NCBI GenBank assembly: GCA_049997855.1
Contig: JBEKSG010000003.1
Coordinates: 4,154-68,153, forward strand
Direction: 5' to 3'
Origin: Minisyncoccia bacterium
GTDB lineage: Bacteria; Patescibacteriota; Minisyncoccia; Phycocordibacterales; SBAW01
DNA length: 64,000 bases
Positions 29,462 through 38,339 of this stretch are shown here, piece by piece (position 1 is the stretch's first letter; each line of letters starts with the position of its first letter). The translations under genes and the position numbers were made by a program. The notes below the pieces were generated by a model. The model was given only the letters and a program-made list of their open reading frames with translations. It had not been told where the DNA came from and did no database searches.

Positions 29462-29888
29462 GAAGTGGTTGCTTTTGGCAACCTGTTCATTTAGTTAACT
29501 AAAGACGCCCTGTGGCCCGGATATCGCGACTGGCATCTCACAGTCCGACATTATGTGAACCCCGGAGATGGTGGGGTACTGCACCTGGGCCGCTTATCTC
29601 AAAAACTCCTTATTTTACTTGCCAACTTTTAACAACCGCGACTAAAGACGGGGTCGGTGACAGCATAAAAGCAGTTCTAACGTCGTATAATAGGGAGCAC
29701 TAGGTTGAAAAAGCAAACTGCTTTGCTTTTTCATACACTTGTGCTGGGCGGAACGCTGCCCTGCAATTGCAGGGCCGTGAGCCGGGGTCGCGAGTAAATT
29801 TTGCGACGGCAACATTTAATTTGTGACCACAGACACAAAGCGAGCAAGGTCGACTTATGGCCACAAGATGTGTACAGTTGAGTTGATC

Positions 29889-29960
29889 GCTCTCGTAGTT
29901 TAATGGATAAAATACCTCCCTCCGAAGGAGGCGATGCAGGTTCGATTCCCGCCGGGAGCA
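29889..29960 (+). tRNA. tRNA-Arg (anticodon CCG)
   Basis: Hand-folded 72 nt cloverleaf with anticodon loop CTCCGAA. Confidence 0.8.
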
Positions 29961-29972
29961 CAAACAAAATAG

Positions 29973-30239
29973 TTATACCTTAAGAGCTCGGGCGACTTTT
30001 GCTTTGCGCCTTGCGGCGGTATTCTTTTTTATAAGTCCGCGTTTGGCGGCTTTGTCTATTGCTTTATAGGCGGCGGCAAGCGCCTTAATTTTGTCATTTA
30101 CACTGAGCGAAGTCGAAGCGTCAGAGGCGCTCCGCACGGCTTTAAACCCCTCGCGGAGTGCTTTGCGGCGGGCGTCGTTCATCGCGTGTTTGCGCTTGCT
30201 TTGGCGGATCGCTTTTTTAGCTCCTTCGGTTATTGCCAT
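29973..30239 (-). CDS. rpsT: 30S ribosomal protein S20
   Basis: 88 aa basic alpha-helical protein with an S20 pattern. Confidence 0.85.
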   Translation of the reverse strand: MAITEGAKKAIRQSKRKHAMNDARRKALREGFKAVRSASDASTSLSVNDKIKALAAAYKAIDKAAKRGLIKKNTAARRKAKVARALKV

Positions 30240-30316
30240 AGGTAAAAAGATACTAGCACAATACAGGCAATACGCACAACATTGTTTAGCTGAAGCGACC
30301 GTTCTACTATAGAGCC

Positions 30317-30916
30317 ATGATAGGCAAACTTACCGGCCGGTTTGGAGGCACTACCCCCGAGGGAGCCGTGATAGTGGAGGTGGGCGGCGTGGGGTATGTG
30401 GCGCGTGTGCCGCTTTTTGCCCTGACGACGCTGCAGGAGCAGGCTTTTGGTGAGATATCTCTTTTTATACACACCTCCGTGCGCGAGGATGCGCTCGACC
30501 TCTACGGCTTCCCCACCGAGGACGAGCTCTCATTTTTTAAACAATTGATGAGCGTTTCCGGCATCGGCCCTAAAACCGCGCTTGGTATTTTAAATGTCTC
30601 CGATGTGGCAACACTGCGTCGCAATATCGCCGCTGGCGACGCGGCCGCGCTTACCAAAGTGTTTGGCATCGGCAAAAAAAGCGCCGAGCGCATCGTGGTT
30701 GAGTTGCGCGACAAACTGGCAAAGGAGCAGACGGCGCGCGGCGAACGTATCGAGGGTGACGATGCCGAGGTTATCGAAGCGCTCACGGCGCTCGGCTACT
30801 CGCTTGCGGAGGCACGCGGTGCGCTCAAGCTTGTCGACTCTTCCAAGAAACTCGGGATAAACGAGCGGATATCGGCGGCGCTCAAAGCGCTCGGCACCGC
30901 TCCCGCACTTTCATGA
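30317..30916 (+). CDS. ruvA: Holliday junction DNA helicase RuvA
   Basis: RuvA N-terminus (MIGKLTG...GVGY) and HhH motifs (GIGPKTALGIL; GIGKKSAERIV). Confidence 0.9.
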   Translation: MIGKLTGRFGGTTPEGAVIVEVGGVGYVARVPLFALTTLQEQAFGEISLFIHTSVREDALDLYGFPTEDELSFFKQLMSVSGIGPKTALGILNVSDVATLRRNIAAGDAAALTKVFGIGKKSAERIVVELRDKLAKEQTARGERIEGDDAEVIEALTALGYSLAEARGALKLVDSSKKLGINERISAALKALGTAPALS

Positions 30917-32187
30917 TGTATCGCATTAAATCTTGGCTCAGGTCGCTTATGCCCGCTTCGGTGCTTGATCGCTATCATTACACCATGGCGATGGCGGGTG
31001 CATTGTATTATCGCTTCCCCTCCCGCCAACTGTTTGTTATCGGCATCACCGGCACCAAGGGCAAGTCGACTACCGCCGAGCTTGTGGCGGCCATGTTAGA
31101 GGAGGCCGGTTTTACCGTAGCGCTTGCCTCCACGATACGGTTTGCTGTGGGCTATGAAAGCGAGCCGAATCTTTTTAAGATGACGATGCCGGGCAGGTTT
31201 TTTTTGCAGCGCTTTTTGCGCAAAGCGGTGCGCAAGGGTGCCACGCATGCAGTGGTCGAGATGACCTCCGAAGGCGCCAAGCAGTATCGGCACAAAGGCA
31301 TCGCGTTTGATGCGCTTATTTTTACCAACCTCCAGCCCGAGCATCTCGAGAGCCATGGCGGCATGCAAAAATATGCCGAAGCCAAGCTTTCTCTGGCAAA
31401 ACATTTGGAAAGTTCGCCTAAGCGCCCGCGCTACGTCGTAGCTAATGCCGACGACGCATACGGTAAGGATTTTTTGGCAGCCGAAGTCGAGGTGTGTGCG
31501 CCGTTTAGCCTGCATGATGCCGAGCCGTACAGCACCGACGAAAAAAGCGTGCGCTTTGTGTGGCGCGGCGGCAATTTGTTTACCGTACCGCTGCCCGGCG
31601 TATTTAATATCAAAAATATGCTGGCGGCGCTTACGCTCGGCGACGCGATGGGCATCGACGAGCAGATTATGAAGCGGGCGCTTGAGCATATCAAGCCGAT
31701 AGCCGGTCGCGCCGAGCGCGTTGAAAAGAGCCAACCGTTTACGGTGGTAGTCGACTACGCGCATACGCCTGACTCTTTGCGCGCGCTTTTTGAAACGTAT
31801 CGCGGCTCCATACGCGCGCACCAAAAAATAATCGGCATCATCGGCTCTACCGGTGGCGGCCGCGACACGTGGAATCGTCCCGAGAAAGGCAAGGTCGCCG
31901 ACGAATTTTGCGACATCGTGTTTATCACCAACGAAGATCCGTACGACGAAGACCCGCAAAAAATCGTGGAAGCTATAGCAAAGGGTTTTACAAAAAAGAA
32001 GCCGCTTATCATACTCGACCGCCGCCAAGCCATACGCGAGGCGCTTAAAGAAGCTAAAGAGGGCGATGCGGTGCTTATTACCGGCAAAGGCACCGACCCG
32101 TACATCATGCTCGCATACGGAGCAAAAGAACCATGGGGTGACAAAAAAGTTGCCGAGGAAGAATTGATAAAATTAGGGTATCATTAA
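30913..32187 (+). CDS. Mur ligase family protein (MurE/MurT-like)
   Basis: P-loop GITGTKGKSTT and a Mur-ligase central and C-terminal domain (DYAHTP); 424 aa without a long N-terminal domain. Confidence 0.6.
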   Translation: MMYRIKSWLRSLMPASVLDRYHYTMAMAGALYYRFPSRQLFVIGITGTKGKSTTAELVAAMLEEAGFTVALASTIRFAVGYESEPNLFKMTMPGRFFLQRFLRKAVRKGATHAVVEMTSEGAKQYRHKGIAFDALIFTNLQPEHLESHGGMQKYAEAKLSLAKHLESSPKRPRYVVANADDAYGKDFLAAEVEVCAPFSLHDAEPYSTDEKSVRFVWRGGNLFTVPLPGVFNIKNMLAALTLGDAMGIDEQIMKRALEHIKPIAGRAERVEKSQPFTVVVDYAHTPDSLRALFETYRGSIRAHQKIIGIIGSTGGGRDTWNRPEKGKVADEFCDIVFITNEDPYDEDPQKIVEAIAKGFTKKKPLIILDRRQAIREALKEAKEGDAVLITGKGTDPYIMLAYGAKEPWGDKKVAEEELIKLGYH

Positions 32188-32422
32188 CGCATGGCAGATG
32201 AAAAACCCGAAGGTTCCGGCCCCCTCAGCGATGCTATTTTTATCCTCGGCGTCATTGTGGTGCTCATTGTGCTGTGGTTTGCACAGGGCGCGCACAAAGC
32301 AGCCAACCTCGAAGGCATCTTTCTTCATCCGCCGGCGCCGGTTGGCCAGGGAGGGTCCTATGGCCCAACCATCGGCACCACGAGCGCCACATTGCAACAA
32401 AATTAATCGATAATCCAACCAT

Positions 32423-32803
32423 ATGTTAAACGTATTTCCTTCCTTGCTTGACTACTCGTTTTTTGCGCCGACACTTTTACGCATTACGGTTGCATTGGTT
32501 TTGTTTTCTCTTGCCTACCAACAATGGCAAAGGCGGAGCGAGATTGCTCACCTTCGCTCGGTCGGATTTCCTGCACTTTCCATTATCTTCAATGTCGTCG
32601 TGGGAGCTGCACTGTTTGTCGGCTACTACACGCAACCGGCCGCGTTATGTGCGATTGCAGGATTTTGCATCGGACTTTGGGCAAACCGCCGTTATCCGCA
32701 GGTGGTTATCATACCCGGCTCGACGGTTGTCGTGTTGATAGTCATATTAATTAGCATTCTCTTTACCGGAGCCGGTGCGTTTGCGTTTGATTTGCCACTC
32801 TAG
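32423..32803 (+). CDS. DoxX-family membrane protein
   Basis: 126 aa with four TM helices and a DoxX-like pattern. Confidence 0.55.
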   Translation: MLNVFPSLLDYSFFAPTLLRITVALVLFSLAYQQWQRRSEIAHLRSVGFPALSIIFNVVVGAALFVGYYTQPAALCAIAGFCIGLWANRRYPQVVIIPGSTVVVLIVILISILFTGAGAFAFDLPL

Positions 32804-32916
32804 TAGCGTAAAAACGAAAACAAAAGTTGGTGAGAAAAAGTCTGGAAGCCTACAGCGAGGCTTTGCGAGGTGAGGCGGCCCGAGGACTTTTTTGAGGCAA
32901 TTTTTGTTGGAGAAAC

Positions 32917-33423
32917 ATGCTTACACTCATCCTCCACAACATCCGAAGCGTACACAACGTAGGCTCTATTTTTCGCACGGCCGATGCGGCTGGCGTATCC
33001 AAAATTATTTTGAGCGGCTATACGCCAATGCCGCTTGATAGATTTGGCCGCGAACGCAAAGATTTTGTTAAAGTATCGCTCGGTGCTGAACAGTCGGTAC
33101 CATGGGCACATGTTAAACGACCCGCATCCGCGCTTACTAAATTAAAAAAAGAGGGCTACACGCTGGCGGCGTTGGAGCAAGACAAAAACTCAACGCCGCT
33201 CTTTGCGTATAAATCTATAAACAAAAAGATAGCACTTATCGTGGGCAACGAGGTACGCGGTGTCTCCCCCGCTCTACTTAAAAAAGTTGATGCGATTTTA
33301 GAAATCCCCATGCGCGGCGCAATGGTTCGACAAGCTCACCATCCTCGCAACAATAAGCGAGGAAAAGAAAGTTTAAACGTGAGCGTTGCCGCCGGCATAG
33401 CGCTCTTTGCGCTGCTTAGATAA
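32917..33423 (+). CDS. TrmH/SpoU-family RNA 2'-O-methyltransferase
   Basis: SPOUT motifs (NVGSIFRTADAAGV; ALIVGNEVRGVS; LEIPM). Confidence 0.75.
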   Translation: MLTLILHNIRSVHNVGSIFRTADAAGVSKIILSGYTPMPLDRFGRERKDFVKVSLGAEQSVPWAHVKRPASALTKLKKEGYTLAALEQDKNSTPLFAYKSINKKIALIVGNEVRGVSPALLKKVDAILEIPMRGAMVRQAHHPRNNKRGKESLNVSVAAGIALFALLR

Positions 33424-33430
33424 AGAAAAA

Positions 33431-33456
33431 GAGCGCCGATGAGGCGCTCAGTTTTT
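33431..33456. terminator. bidirectional terminator
   Basis: gagcgcc-gatga-ggcgctc hairpin flanked by an A-run upstream and a T-run downstream. Confidence 0.6.
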
Positions 33457-33469
33457 GGGCTTGAGCCCG

Positions 33470-33619
33470 CTAGTTGTTGACGGACTCGGACGTCTCCGAG
33501 ACGGGGATTTGAGAGTCCTTGTCCGCCTTCGTGCCGATGACCGACAGAGAAGCGATGATGAAAATCGCGATGAGCGCCGCGATCAACGCGTATTCGATGC
33601 TCGAAATTTTCATAACCAT
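33470..33619 (-). CDS. Flp/Fap-family type IVb pilin
   Basis: Signature KISSIEYALIAALIAIFIIA with a short polar tail; an orphan (no tad locus in the window). Confidence 0.55.
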   Translation of the reverse strand: MVMKISSIEYALIAALIAIFIIASLSVIGTKADKDSQIPVSETSESVNN

Positions 33620-33795
33620 GCCCTCTTTTGGCGAGTTTGGGAGACCATCCCCCAAACCAAACTTTCTATAAAATTATACTCTTAAAGACGCCTCCTGTCA
33701 AGTCGACACCACCCCTTTACGCATGGCAGGGTTTTTGCCTTTATTTTATGGCTCATTTTTGATATAGTGCGCTCAATCGCCCGCATGGCGTGTTT

Positions 33796-33868
33796 GCGCC
33801 CATAGCTCAGTCGGTAGAGCGGCTCCCTTTTAAGGAGAAGGTCGTTGGTTCGAATCCAACTGGGCGCA
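33796..33868 (+). tRNA. tRNA-Lys (anticodon TTT)
   Basis: GCGCCCATAGCTCAGTCGGTAGAGC..., anticodon loop CTTTTAA and T-loop GGTTCGAATCC. Confidence 0.85.
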
Positions 33869-33878
33869 CAACGTTGTT

Positions 33879-34508
33879 ATGAACCCCGGCGACTCAATAC
33901 TTGAAAAATCAGATGCGGAGATACTTGCCATCGCGCACCAGCTGCGCGTCGCTTACAAAATGAAGCGCACTTTGCGCTACGGTACCACGCGCGACTTTGC
34001 CGTGCACAGCGAGTCGGTGGCCGAGCACGTGTTCGCGCTTATTTTTTTGGCAACATATTTTTTACCGCTCGAAGAGGTTGGTACCTCGCTCGACAAAGTA
34101 AAAATCTACGAGATACTGCTCTACCACGATTTTGGCGAGATCATCCATGGTGATGTTTTAACCTATCACAAAACGGAAACCGATAGAGAAAGAGAAGCGG
34201 CCGACGCAAAAAAAGTTTTTGCTTCGTTGCCGGCTTCGTTGCAAAAAGTTGGATATGAGCGTTGGTGCGCATATGAGGAGCAGACCTGTCCTGAAGCTCG
34301 TTTTGCCTATGCATTGGATAAAGTTGAACCTGTCTTTGAATTGCTCGATCCGATAAACGAACTCTCAGTTAAGCGTTTTAAAATTACTTACCTCCGGCAC
34401 TTAGGACACAAACTTGAAGCAGCTGAGGCCTATCCCGTAATGAAGCGTTTTGCCAACGTTATCTCCAACGACATGCGTGAGCGTGGCGTCTTTTGGCCAG
34501 AAAAATAA
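33879..34508 (+). CDS. HD-domain phosphohydrolase (YfbR-like)
   Basis: HD motifs ESVAEHVF and HDFGE. Confidence 0.7.
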   Translation: MNPGDSILEKSDAEILAIAHQLRVAYKMKRTLRYGTTRDFAVHSESVAEHVFALIFLATYFLPLEEVGTSLDKVKIYEILLYHDFGEIIHGDVLTYHKTETDREREAADAKKVFASLPASLQKVGYERWCAYEEQTCPEARFAYALDKVEPVFELLDPINELSVKRFKITYLRHLGHKLEAAEAYPVMKRFANVISNDMRERGVFWPEK

Positions 34509-34576
34509 AAACAAAAGTCTGATTTTGCTCCACTTGGCAGCTCGCAGCGCTCGCAAAATCAGACTTTTGTTTTTAC

Positions 34577-35209
34577 TTAGAACGTAAGTGCAAAGCGCTC
34601 GAGCAACAACTCCAAACTGCCCGCGCCGCGGTGCGAGTCGTGATACATAAAGGTAAGCGTGCGCGAGAGTTTGATGTTGCCCATCTGGCGAGCCTTCCAT
34701 GCCAAGAGGCTGGCTATGGCCTCGGCTCTTTCTCCCTCGGCAAGTGCAGCGGTAAGGTTAAGCCACAACTTTTTTTTGTCGTACGCGCCAAGCGCAACGG
34801 TAAGGCCAAATGGATCGAAGCCTCTTTCTTTTACGGCAGCTTTTTTAGTCACCTCGATGTGTGCGCCTGCTTTTTCGAGCGTCACTGTAGGCGCTTTTAA
34901 CAACTTCTCTTCTTCAAAAATAAACGTATGCGGCGACTCGGCAAGCTCTTTGGCGATATCTAAAAATTCTTCCTGCCGCTCGCTATTTAACGCACTGACC
35001 AACAAAAAAGTTTGTGCTCCGCCAAACATGCTCTCCGTTGAAGCAAGCGAGAGCAGTTCGTCAGTGCTTATATCTTGCCACTTTAGTTCCTCAGGCGGAG
35101 CAGAAAACTTTTTATGAAATAGTCTGGGAGCCGCCGAGGACTTTTCAGAAAAAGTTTTCTGTGCAACTTCTACAACAACATGTATCATATCTTTTTCATC
35201 TCGCCCCAA
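34577..35209 (-). CDS. DNA polymerase III delta subunit-like protein
   Basis: Weak HolA-like pattern; overlaps the polA start and so is probably co-transcribed. Confidence 0.35.
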   Translation of the reverse strand: MGRDEKDMIHVVVEVAQKTFSEKSSAAPRLFHKKFSAPPEELKWQDISTDELLSLASTESMFGGAQTFLLVSALNSERQEEFLDIAKELAESPHTFIFEEEKLLKAPTVTLEKAGAHIEVTKKAAVKERGFDPFGLTVALGAYDKKKLWLNLTAALAEGERAEAIASLLAWKARQMGNIKLSRTLTFMYHDSHRGAGSLELLLERFALTF

Positions 35210-37569
35210 TTTTTGCCTACTTTTCCTTCGGTAATAAACGGAATGCCGCGTGTCTCCTTCTCCGGTATTACACCCTCCATGAGCGCTTTTATTTGGGGCG
35301 CGAGCTCATCAACGACGCTCTCCTCTATCTCAAACACCAGCTCGTCGTGCACTTGGAGCAGCTGAAAGGCGTGGCCTTTCGCTTCCCGCTCGAAGAGCTC
35401 GTCTATTTTTATCATCGCGAGCTTAACCACGTCGGCTACAGTACCCTGCATTGGCGCATTGATCGCCATACGCTCGGCCGCGGCGCGTACAAACGGTATC
35501 GGTGAGCGGATGCCATCAAAGTAGCGGCGGCGGCCAAAAAACGTTTCAACATAGCCCTCCCGCGACGCGTCGGCTTTTATCTCATCGAGGTAGGCGGCCA
35601 AGCGCGGAAACGCCGCAAAGTATTGATGATAAAACTCCTGCGCTTCGGCGCGGCTCGTGCCAAGCGCCGCCTGCAAAGCCGTCACCCCCATGCCATAGAG
35701 GATGCCAAAGTTGATGACCTTGGCGCGGCGACGCTGCTCATAGTTGACCTCGTTGTCACGCACATGAAAGACACGCGCGGCAACCTCGGCATGTACGTCG
35801 CGTCCGTTTTTAAAAATATCTGCGAGTGCTTCATCGTGCGAGAGGAGCGCCGCGACGCGTAATTCGATTTGCGAGTAGTCGAACGACACGAGCATAAAGT
35901 TTTTGTCGGCGATAAACGCGCGGCGTATGGCGCGCCCGAGCTCGGTTTTAATCGGGATATTTTGCAGGTTTGGGTCTTTGGAAGAGAGGCGCCCGGTTGC
36001 CGTGCCTGTTTGCACAAACGAGGTGTGTAAGCGGCCGTTGTTGTCGAGAAGCGCGGGGATGACATCAATGTATGTGGAGAGCAGTTTTTGCAGCTCGCGA
36101 TACGCCAAAATGTCGTCAACGATCGGATGGAGCGCCTTCATCTTTACGAGCTCCGACTCGCGCGTTGAGCGCGCTCCGCCTGCCGTCTTTTTTTGTTTTT
36201 CGGGCGTGAGACCAAGCCTGTCAAACAGCACTTCACCCAATTGTTTTGGCGAGTTGATATTAAACTCGCCGCCCGCCGCTTTATAAACACGCTTGGCAAT
36301 CGCGCCGAGCTCTTTGGCGTACTCTTTGGAAAGGTGCGCAAAAAAACTTTTGTCTATCAACACGCCGCGACGCTCCATTTTGCGCAACACCGGCGCGAGC
36401 GGCACCTCGATGTGTTCGTACACAAACCCGAGCCTGCGCTCTTTTATCTCCGCCAGGATATGGTTAAACGCTTCGTCAAATTTTTCGGACTTCCCCATCC
36501 GATGTATGTCGTCGAGCGTGGGCTCGGTAACGTTCGAGTCGAGAAGCCACACGGCTATCGCGGCTTTGTTGAGCTCATCCTCATCAACTGCCTCGCGTGG
36601 CGTATTTTCAAACAAACCGTTGGCTTCAACCTGTTGTGTATCACCCCCTTTCACATCAAGCAGGAGCTTAACGCGCGGCACGAGCGATCGAAACTCAAAC
36701 TCGGCAAGCATGTCGAGCGCTTTTTTTGTTGAGACGTTCTCTTTCCACTCTTTTTTGGGCAGTGCAAAATCTATCGGCGCGTCGCGCCGTATTTCGGCCA
36801 GCATTTTGGAAAACGCTGCGTCCTCCTCGCCCGCTGAGAGCTTTGCAATGACTCCCTCTTTAATGCCCGCTTTTTTAAGAGCGTTGGGATTTTTTTTGAG
36901 TGTTTTATACAAATCTTCTATCGAGCCAAAGGAAGCAATGAGTGCGCTTGCGGTTTTCTCGCCAATGCCTGTCACTCCTTTAATGTTGTCGGAAGCGTCG
37001 CCGCGCAAACCTTTGTAGTCGGGTAAAAGGTTGGAGGCAAAGCCAAACTCTTCTTTGAACGTACTTTCGCCATAGAGCACCATGTCGGTGATGCCCTTGC
37101 GCATCCGAAATACGCGCACATGATTATTGTCGAGCAACTGGAGCATGTCCATGTCACCCGATGCGACCACCGTGTCCACTGTTTTACTTTTGCGCATCTT
37201 TTCCACTATCGTGCCGATGATGTCGTCGGCTTCAAACCCCGGCGCCTCGTAGTGCGGGATGCCAAACGCGTCGAGCACTTCGCGGCTTTTGATAATCTGT
37301 GCCACCAAAACGTCGTCGGTTTTTGCGCGTTGTGATTTGTACTCTTCATAGGCCACGTGGCGATAGGTGGGACCGGGCAAATCGTAGGCCGCCACAATGT
37401 AGTCGGGTCCCAGGTCGGTAATGATGCGCACGAGCATCGAGACAAGCCCAAACAAAGCGCCGGTTGGCTCGCCCTTGCTCGAGCTAAAGTCGGGCAAAGC
37501 GTGATAAGCGCGGTGCAAAATCGCGTGCATATCGAGTATTACCAAACGTTTATGGGTCTTTCCCTCCAC
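35185..37569 (-). CDS. polA: DNA polymerase I (5'-3' exonuclease + polymerase domains)
   Basis: 794 aa with an N-terminal FEN domain (RLVILDMHAILHRAYHAL), polymerase motif A (DYSQIELR) and motif C (VHDE). Confidence 0.9.
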   Translation of the reverse strand: MEGKTHKRLVILDMHAILHRAYHALPDFSSSKGEPTGALFGLVSMLVRIITDLGPDYIVAAYDLPGPTYRHVAYEEYKSQRAKTDDVLVAQIIKSREVLDAFGIPHYEAPGFEADDIIGTIVEKMRKSKTVDTVVASGDMDMLQLLDNNHVRVFRMRKGITDMVLYGESTFKEEFGFASNLLPDYKGLRGDASDNIKGVTGIGEKTASALIASFGSIEDLYKTLKKNPNALKKAGIKEGVIAKLSAGEEDAAFSKMLAEIRRDAPIDFALPKKEWKENVSTKKALDMLAEFEFRSLVPRVKLLLDVKGGDTQQVEANGLFENTPREAVDEDELNKAAIAVWLLDSNVTEPTLDDIHRMGKSEKFDEAFNHILAEIKERRLGFVYEHIEVPLAPVLRKMERRGVLIDKSFFAHLSKEYAKELGAIAKRVYKAAGGEFNINSPKQLGEVLFDRLGLTPEKQKKTAGGARSTRESELVKMKALHPIVDDILAYRELQKLLSTYIDVIPALLDNNGRLHTSFVQTGTATGRLSSKDPNLQNIPIKTELGRAIRRAFIADKNFMLVSFDYSQIELRVAALLSHDEALADIFKNGRDVHAEVAARVFHVRDNEVNYEQRRRAKVINFGILYGMGVTALQAALGTSRAEAQEFYHQYFAAFPRLAAYLDEIKADASREGYVETFFGRRRYFDGIRSPIPFVRAAAERMAINAPMQGTVADVVKLAMIKIDELFEREAKGHAFQLLQVHDELVFEIEESVVDELAPQIKALMEGVIPEKETRGIPFITEGKVGKNWGEMKKI

Positions 37570-37626
37570 AACGGTCAGTATAACACTGGCGGCTTTTTAC
37601 CCTGAGCTGTGTCGAAGGGTGGGTTT

Positions 37627-38007
37627 TTACTTCAATAACCCCAGCTGGAGTTTGAGTATATATTCAACGTCGGTAAGTTCGCTTGCAGAAATACTTCCTA
37701 TCCTCTTATCTAATCGCAACTTTGAAACAGTGGTAATTTGTTCCGCAACAGCTTTGCTTTTTTTGCCGAGCACGCTAACAATCGTTTGACTTGGATACAC
37801 AGGCATAATAGTGCCCGTAAGCGGCACTACTTGTATTTGTTCTGATAATTCGTTGGCATCATCATTACTTACCACGATGGCTGGACGTGTCTTTTGTATC
37901 TCGGTACCCATAGACCTATCAAACGATACCCACCAGATTTCGCCACGCAAAGGGTAGCCGTCTTTTTTGCTCATATATCGAGGTCGCCAATCATTGCCTC
38001 GCTCCAC
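37627..38007 (-). CDS. mazF: MazF/PemK-family toxin endoribonuclease
   Basis: PemK signature (GEIWWVSFDRSMGTEIQKTRPAIVVSND). Confidence 0.75.
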   Translation of the reverse strand: MERGNDWRPRYMSKKDGYPLRGEIWWVSFDRSMGTEIQKTRPAIVVSNDDANELSEQIQVVPLTGTIMPVYPSQTIVSVLGKKSKAVAEQITTVSKLRLDKRIGSISASELTDVEYILKLQLGLLK

Positions 38008-38204
38008 TCATGAGCCTCGCGGCAGTACTCTTTATCAGCTGCCATCGCTTTATATCCTTCACGCAACGCTTCCCGCGACAAAAGATGCGGCCGGGCCACA
38101 TCGCTTAAAAAGCGGCCGATATTCCCCCGCCCCACTTGCTTTTGCAGAGCACGATAAACATCCGCTTCGACAAGAATAGTCAACTTTTTTGTTGTGGTTG
38201 CCAT
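37971..38204 (-). CDS. antitoxin (RHH/MazE-like) of MazF pair
   Basis: Small ORF overlapping the mazF start; begins MATTTKKLTILVEADVYRALQ. Confidence 0.5.
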   Translation of the reverse strand: MATTTKKLTILVEADVYRALQKQVGRGNIGRFLSDVARPHLLSREALREGYKAMAADKEYCREAHEWSEAMIGDLDI

Positions 38205-38339
38205 ATACGTACAATTATACATACAATATATTTTGGTGCAAGCACCTCCGCGGCATAGCAAGGTGAAACCTTGATGTCTTAAATTGTGGATAAGAATGTG
38301 CGGACATAGTAACTATAGTAATATACTAAACCCATACTC

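Larger units (their letters stand above)
21026..29960. mobile_element. putative integrative element between tRNA-Arg(GCG) and tRNA-Arg(CCG) with large serine recombinase and secreted-protein cargo
   Basis: The recombinase abuts the tRNA 3' end, internal GC content is lower, the content is phage/plasmid-like hypothetical genes, and both flanking tRNAs share the 3' sequence GGTTCGATTCC..CCGGGAGCACA. Boundaries are approximate. Confidence 0.45.

Noticed and set aside
31096-32028. 310 aa minus-strand ORF
   Set aside because: It is antisense to the Mur-ligase gene. The Mur-ligase gene carries clear motifs; this ORF has none.
36193-37018. 179 aa and 241 aa plus-strand ORFs
   Set aside because: Both are antisense to polA.
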